From Prasinococcaceae sp. CCMP 1430 (taxonomy: Eukaryota; Plantae; Prasinodermophyta), in assembly GCA_013416795.1 (NCBI GenBank), contig RQSC01000031.1, forward strand, positions 1 through 64,000: a stretch of DNA of 64,000 nt, in the 5' to 3' direction. A program made the position numbers and the translations under genes. The notes below the pieces were generated by a model that ran no database searches, had not been told where the DNA came from, and worked only from the letters and a program-made list of their open reading frames with translations. Below, piece by piece: positions 58,520-64,000 of this stretch; the first letter of the stretch is position 1, and each line of letters begins with the position of its first letter.

Positions 58520-59400
58520 CTGTGTGCACGGCCCAGGGTGTCGAACGCCAGCGTGTGGAACTGGATGCGGTGGTGCTCGCAGATCTTCGCGTAGCGCTGG
58601 ACGTGGACCTTGTAGAGGTGCTCCAGGCCTGCCGCCGTGGACGGGTTCGCGCCTGCCATGTTGACCTTGGCTGACGGATCCGTGAAGGTGACGTCGAGGC
58701 AGTGTCTGAGTGAAAGCTAGCTATCCGCCCGCAGCGCTGCCGCGTGAGCGGCGCCTGGGGCGGTCGTGTGTGACAAGGACAACGAGATGCATCGCACGTT
58801 CGCGCACCCCGTCTACAGAGACCGCTTCGGCTCCCCACAAGACCTGCTCATGCCTCGCACCACAGAGCGCGGCTACTGCATGGCCTGGTGTCGTCGCTTC
58901 GGGCTTCAGTCGACGCTCGTCTCTCCGGACGCCCCACACGCTCCCTCGTGCCACTCTGCAGCAGGCATCAACGGCGCCCACGCCACGGTCTGCTCGTCGG
59001 CAGCTGGGGAGCGCGCCTACCGCCACAACCGCCTCGTGCGCAACTTCGCGAAGGTCGCTCGCCGCACCGGCTACCACGTGCACACCAACGGCCCCAGCTC
59101 CACCAACTCGTTCGAGTACTCGTTCGGTACTGACGAAAATGGCCAGCCCACTGACCTGCGCTCGNGTTGGTGTCGGTGATGACTAGGTCCGAGCGCAGGT
59201 CAGTGGGCTGGCCATTTTCATCAGTACCGAACGAGTACTCGAACGAGTTGGTGGAGCTGGGGCCGTTGGTGTGCACGTGGTAGCCGGTGCGGCGAGCGAC
59301 CTTCGCGAAGTTGCGCACGAGGCGGTTGTGGCGGTAGGTGCGCTCCCCTGCTGTCGACAAGCAGACCGTGGCGTGGGCGCCGTTGATGCCTGCTGCAGAG
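58520..59400. mobile_element. Fragments of a non-LTR retrotransposon C-terminus (Zn-knuckle-like plus RLE; CRE/R2/NeSL-type)
   Basis: C..H.AH.TVC...RAYRHNRLVRNF...TDLRSDLVITD and HCLDVTFTDP...YK..Y.KIC...F.TLAFDTLG, on both strands. No RT domain present. Confidence 0.72.
58954..59400. repeat. 211-bp inverted repeat (58954-59164 / 59190-59400), with 5 mismatches seen and a spacer containing a single N
   Basis: Read directly: CTCTGCAGCAGG...ACCTGCGCTCG and its reverse complement. Confidence 0.92.
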
Positions 59401-60768
59401 ACTTCAATATGAGGGCCGCGCGAAAGGTACACAGACGCAGATCCCTGCTCAGCCAACGCAGCGCCCATCCGTGGCCAGTGGCGCGGCGACGCGGCGGCCA
59501 AACAAGCGCCGCCGCACGAGCACGAGTCCACCGTCCAAGCAACAGCAAGGGGCCGGCAGATCTAGGCGCGACGGCGCGAATGCAACCGACAGCGAAGATG
59601 AGGGCGCAAGCTGCAGCGAGATCCGCAAGCGAGCTGAGCTCCTCGCGGCAGCAAAGGGCGCAAAGGGTAAGAGAGCGCCGAGAGTACCTGGCGTGTCATG
59701 GCATTCGCCTGTGAAAAAATGGACTGTGTACGCTACTGCTCGTAGTAGTGTAGGGTGCGATTACAATACGAGAAGACGCAAGCGCAAGGTTGCGTAGCGC
59801 GCGTGTGTAAGATCTAGGTGCATGTGTGAGAGCGAGCTATCCACCCGTAGCGCGGCTGCGAGAGCTGCGCCTTGGGCGGTCGTGTGTGTGCACGCCGCAC
59901 GCGCGGAGCACGCATGCCGACGATGAACTGTGCAGGCCGTCGGCTCGTACTGCGCATGGCAAGATGACTCAGTTGCACCTCGGCTACTTTCAGACGAAGG
60001 CTGATGCCATCGAGCGGCGACTCCGATATGATGCCGCACGGAAAGGGAAGCAGAAGGAGACCCCTGCTCAGCGCAAGGGGTCTCCCGCAGAGGCAATGGG
60101 CGAGGCGACGCGACAGCGCAACAACAGTCAATTGACGACAACGCCGCCAGCGCCGCCAGCGCGAGATGTTGGCACCCCTGATCAGGGAGGACAAATTTTC
60201 CAGACTCAATCAGGCACGCGTGATCTCGATGCTTATATGGAGCGGGCGTCGAACTTAGCGGACTCGCTGCAGCGAAGCGCACGTGAGGCTGTTGTGTTGG
60301 GGCAAGAGATGCGCCGCCTGATTGAGGGGCTTCAGCAAGAAAACGATGCCCTGCGAAAGAAGCATCGGGACTTGGAGCAGACGCTGCGACTTTCACACGC
60401 GCGCAATGAGGAAGCTACCTACGTCAATGCGATCGATGATGGCGGATGCGCGCGCACACGCTCTTACGGGTGGCGCTACAGGCGCTTGCGTCTTCCCGCA
60501 CTGTAATCGCACCCTTAGCAGCAGCAGCAGGTGGTGCGCACGGAGACGCAGGTGAAGAGCTCGCATAAGAGGCCGTAGCTAGCCTGGCGAACGCAGCGCT
60601 GCCGTTTGTAGGCCGCCATGGCCGTATGTTGGTTCGCAGCATGATCTTCGTAAGCACACACGCTGCGGAGTGTTGCATCCACGCAGCGCGCTTTGTCGCT
60701 CCAAGCAAGCTTCGCACCCTCCCCACAAGTTGTCAGGACATGTTGCCCTGTGCTCAGGGCGAGTGCGC

Positions 60769-62655
60769 TCACGATCGGATGCCGCACTGGGCCTCTTCCT
60801 CCGCGCAGGAAGCCATCCAGGCAGCAAGGACCTTCTGCTGCTCGGTGAGCCCTCCAGCGAAGTAGTACTCTGCGTGTGTCGGGTCAGCGTCGACCTCCAT
60901 CTCGAGGAGCCACTCAAACTTGTCGTTGCCTTGGCCCATGACTCTGCAGTTTCCGAGGTAGGCGATGGTCGTAGGGCTCTCTCCTCGCCATGTGATCGGG
61001 CCGAAGCATCGAACGCTTGTCCTCTTCTCATGGGCGACACGCATGTAGAGAGAGTTCGGCGTGTGCCTGATGCGTTCAGCGAGGAACCAAAACCTGCGCG
61101 TGTGTGTGTGCGCTGCCGAGCGTGTGCGTGCACCAATGTGCCCACGGGTTACGTATGGTCCATACTCTGGCTTGACAAACGCTCTGCTGAAGAACAGATA
61201 GACTGCACCATCTCTGCCGTTGCCCTTGACCGCGCCGCTGAATGAATGTGGCTCGAGGCCGAGAAGCACCGTCGCCTTTGGGTGCACGAAGGTGTCACCA
61301 GGTAGCCACACATCCTCTGACTGCGAAGTGCCCGTGAGCTTGACTCCAAACTCCTCGTTTGCGCGCAGCAGCGCGCGAGCGTGCACGTCCTTGCGGACCC
61401 GCCCCCCGCAGACCACTCGCGAGTGGTGAATGCGCGACGCACTGGGGTGCGCTGGGTCGAAACGTATGCCCAACAGATCCAGACGAGGCTGCTCCGCCAA
61501 TCTCCGCACAGCGTCTGGGGCGCATCGCGTTCCCCTAAGTTCATGGAGCACGCGTATGATGACACTTATCGCGACCTGCCCTTCGATCAGCGTTGGACAT
61601 CGCCTCGAGTGCTGCACTTGGCGATCCGCACCTGGCATGAGCACGGTGCACCCTCCTTGCGCGACTTCAAACTCGATTCCGCCGCGGCGGCTGCGAAGAC
61701 GCTCGTTGAGACGCAGGCCCGCCTTGCCACCATTCTTGACATACGCGTGCACGATGGGGTATTCCAGCGACACTGAGTCGCCGTCGCTATGGAAATCAAT
61801 GCCTTCGTTCTTATGAGCGAGCGCATGGCCGCGGTACACGTTCAGTTGGACGCACAGCCTATCCTTGGCGGCACTCCAGTCCCACCTGCGCAGTGCGTCG
61901 GACCGAAGGGTCGCTTCGACCAACTTGCGCAGCTCTGGCAAGTCCTCCAGAAAGGCGCTCACCGCGAAGCCCCCCTTGAGGCAGTGCTTGCTTCCCTGCT
62001 CTGGCTGCGACCCATGAAAAAGCGTTTTGCCCGTGGCATACGCGCTCATGAAGTTGAGGCGGCCAAATGGCACGTAAATGCCGCCGACCATGTGGAACTG
62101 CTGCTGGAGGGGCAGCCTGCTCGCCTCGTACGCGCCCACGAGCGCCGCGCACAGGGCTCCGTCCAGTAAGTCAGGATAATGCGCTTCCACGAGCTCGCCA
62201 CTTTTTGCGATGCGAACCAGCCGAGTTCCAGAGTCCATTGCGACGGCGAAGGCCACATTCGCGCTGGCAACGTCGTCGTCGTCTGTGGACGTTTCTGCGA
62301 CGTCCACGTCCGTGAGCGTGTCGGCACTCGCAGACGCAAGCGGCGGCATGGGCGCCGACATCGCTCGCGTCTTCTTCTTGCGCACGAGATGGGCGTCCAT
62401 CTTTCTCGCGGCTGTTGCGCCTGCGTCGCCAGGGCCTGCGAGCGGCCACCCTCTCCGACCGTCGATCGCACGCGCCGCCGCAGTCCTCACGGCGCCCACT
62501 GCTACCGAAAGGAACGAGAAAAAAGCTGCTTTGTTGAGACATGAGGCATACCAGCTGCAGGTGTCCAAGTCGCCGTGGCGCCCTTTTGAGCTCGCGCGTC
62601 GATCGTAGCGATCGCGGCCGTCGTCCAGCACACTCTGATCCCGCGCGCGCTTCAT
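60769..62655 (-). CDS. AlkB-type 2OG-Fe(II) dioxygenase with a probable C-terminal SRA/YDG-like domain
   Basis: QLNVY...FHSDGD...PIVH...VLMPGADRQVQH...AISVIIR, then GDTFVHP..VLLGLEPHSFSGAVKGNGRDGAVYLFFS...NSLYMRVAHEKRTSVRCF...AYLGNCRV. Confidence 0.62.
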   Translation of the reverse strand: MKRARDQSVLDDGRDRYDRRASSKGRHGDLDTCSWYASCLNKAAFFSFLSVAVGAVRTAAARAIDGRRGWPLAGPGDAGATAARKMDAHLVRKKKTRAMSAPMPPLASASADTLTDVDVAETSTDDDDVASANVAFAVAMDSGTRLVRIAKSGELVEAHYPDLLDGALCAALVGAYEASRLPLQQQFHMVGGIYVPFGRLNFMSAYATGKTLFHGSQPEQGSKHCLKGGFAVSAFLEDLPELRKLVEATLRSDALRRWDWSAAKDRLCVQLNVYRGHALAHKNEGIDFHSDGDSVSLEYPIVHAYVKNGGKAGLRLNERLRSRRGGIEFEVAQGGCTVLMPGADRQVQHSRRCPTLIEGQVAISVIIRVLHELRGTRCAPDAVRRLAEQPRLDLLGIRFDPAHPSASRIHHSRVVCGGRVRKDVHARALLRANEEFGVKLTGTSQSEDVWLPGDTFVHPKATVLLGLEPHSFSGAVKGNGRDGAVYLFFSRAFVKPEYGPYVTRGHIGARTRSAAHTHTRRFWFLAERIRHTPNSLYMRVAHEKRTSVRCFGPITWRGESPTTIAYLGNCRVMGQGNDKFEWLLEMEVDADPTHAEYYFAGGLTEQQKVLAAWMASCAEEEAQCGIRS

Positions 62656-63410
62656 CGGATGCGCCCTGTCCGGCCGCTACACCGAGCCCGTGGCGTCGGT
62701 CGACGGCACGGCGCGGCGCGCCGAGCACCGCGTCACTCTTGCTGCGCCAGCCGGCGGCGTCCCTCCCTACGCCCTCCCAATATCTGCTCGGCAGGTTGCG
62801 CGCGCGTGCGTCACTGGCACGCCCGCATCTATCTGCAGGGGCGGCAGCGCGCCGATTGCCTCTCAGTCGCGCGCCCCCTCCGTCGCCGCGCACGCCGCCG
62901 CTCCGCTTCTCCGCGCAGCACCGCCGGCGCGCCGCGCGGCCACTGGCGATACGTACTTCTTCGATGCTTCGATTGCCTCCCGGAAGTCGCGCTCGCGCCG
63001 CCGCGCCGCCGCGCCGCCCGGCTCCTAGGAAGTGATTAGTTAGGGGTCAATTGCCCTCACCGTCGAGAGCGCCATTAAGGGTCAAATCTTACATTAGGGT
63101 TTAAAATCGAATTGTACCGTTCGATGCCTCCTTTGCGTTTGACCACCCCCGGCGGTCGGGGGCGCGTTCCCCCGGCGATGTTGTTGACCGGCGGCGTTCG
63201 AATGCGAGGGGGCGCCCACTGCGGCGGGGGCCCGGGCGCAGGGGGCGCGCGGCACGGGAAGAGGGAGGGCGCGGGGGGTGAGCGGCGCCACACTGGCGCG
63301 CTCGTGTGTGTGTGTTGGCGCGGCGGCGGCATGCGGCGCCGCCCGCCGCCACAAACGCCTCGACCGGCCCGCGGGCGCGCGCCCGCGCGCCGGCGGCGAC
63401 GCCGACCGGG

Positions 63411-64000
63411 GTGGGGCGCGCGGCGTACGAGCACACGCGACGACGGGCGGAGGAAAAGGCGCGCAGGCACAAGGCGGCAGCCACGGGCGGCATTCTCGTG
63501 CGAGTGTACACCGCCAACGCGCGTGGCGCTGGCACCGACGGCGGCGCTATCATTGTGCTGCACTACCAGAAAACTGGGGCGACCGCTAGCGACGACGGCG
63601 CATGCGACTCGCGCCCGCTGCGCCTCGGCGCCGCGAATGACATCGACGCAGATGATGGTGGCGACAGCGATGGCAGCGAGAACATAGGCAGCAAGAAGGA
63701 AGCAGCTGACGCATTGCGATCGTCGTGCTTCGCGCGGGGCTCTGTGCGCACCTTCCGTTTCGGAACGGAGGCGTGCGCGCCGCGCGGAGGCGCCAAGGCG
63801 GTGACGCCCTCTGCAAACGATAGCGACGATGACAGCGCGTCGCCGCTGGCGGCGGGCGTGCGCGCACCCATCGGTCTGACGCTCGGCCTCGACCCGAGCG
63901 GCCTAGACAACTCCTGGCTCGTGGAGCGCATTGAGGTGGTACTCCCCGCCCAGGCAGAGGGAGGCGCGCGTAGCAAGGGCGGCGAGTACAGCATTGGCGG
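63411..64000 (+). CDS. PLAT/LH2-domain protein, partial (open to the window end, so absent from the ORF track)
   Basis: My translation: ILVRVYTANARGAGTDGGAIIVLH...CFARGSVRTF...LTLGLDPSGLDNSWLVERIEV. Confidence 0.72.
   Translation, partial: MGRAAYEHTRRRAEEKARRHKAAATGGILVRVYTANARGAGTDGGAIIVLHYQKTGATASDDGACDSRPLRLGAANDIDADDGGDSDGSENIGSKKEAADALRSSCFARGSVRTFRFGTEACAPRGGAKAVTPSANDSDDDSASPLAAGVRAPIGLTLGLDPSGLDNSWLVERIEVVLPAQAEGGARSKGGEYSIG

Larger units (their letters stand above)
57574..60506 (+). pseudogene. Multi-AP2-domain DNA-binding protein gene(s) interrupted by retroelement fragments
   Basis: AP2 #1 VVGVYWSIRQRRWIVRI...LGSFVKKADAIERRLRYD (about 58260-58400). Tail of #2 RLQYEGRAKGTQTQIPAQ (about 59399). 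AP2 #3 VPGVSWHSPVKKWTV-[intron 59755-59935]-HLGYFQTKADAIERRLRYD. Coiled-coil C-terminus. Confidence 0.7.

Noticed and set aside
58520-59400. Autonomous retrotransposon
   Set aside because: No reverse transcriptase motifs in the window; only C-terminal fragments are present.

Overview
This is a draft-assembly scaffold of a very GC-rich, intron-containing eukaryote. The gene set points to a green alga of prasinophyte grade (inference): plastid HST, plastid-type PDH E1, organellar RF3, a UapA-like permease, an animal-like Kv channel and ciliary CEP41. Introns are short, with GTGCG/GTGAG donors, CTGAC-like branch points and (GC)n/(CA)n tracts. Bases 1-57 kb are a compact housekeeping region of about 25 genes: F-box, PEPCK, RCC1-like/SPPP, QCR9, ERO1, Kv, SDH2, BRCC36, amidohydrolase-like, NUFIP1, OSCA/TMEM63, NAT permease, HST, MRS2, UBL, CEP41, Pol eta, CPL/FCP1, katanin p60, fused PDH E1 alpha-beta, GT25, lipase, RF3, HP1-like and xylulokinase. 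This part has N-gaps and one alphaproteobacterial-looking ftsY fragment. Bases 57.5-62.7 kb are an accessory-looking block. It holds a gene with repeated AP2 domains, interrupted by fragments of a restriction-like-endonuclease (RLE) non-LTR retroelement that form a 211-bp inverted repeat. Converging on it is an AlkB-type 2OG-Fe(II) dioxygenase with a probable SRA/YDG-like C-terminal domain, a candidate DNA base-modifying enzyme. A PLAT-domain gene runs off the right end. All calls come from motif reading by eye; no searches were run.
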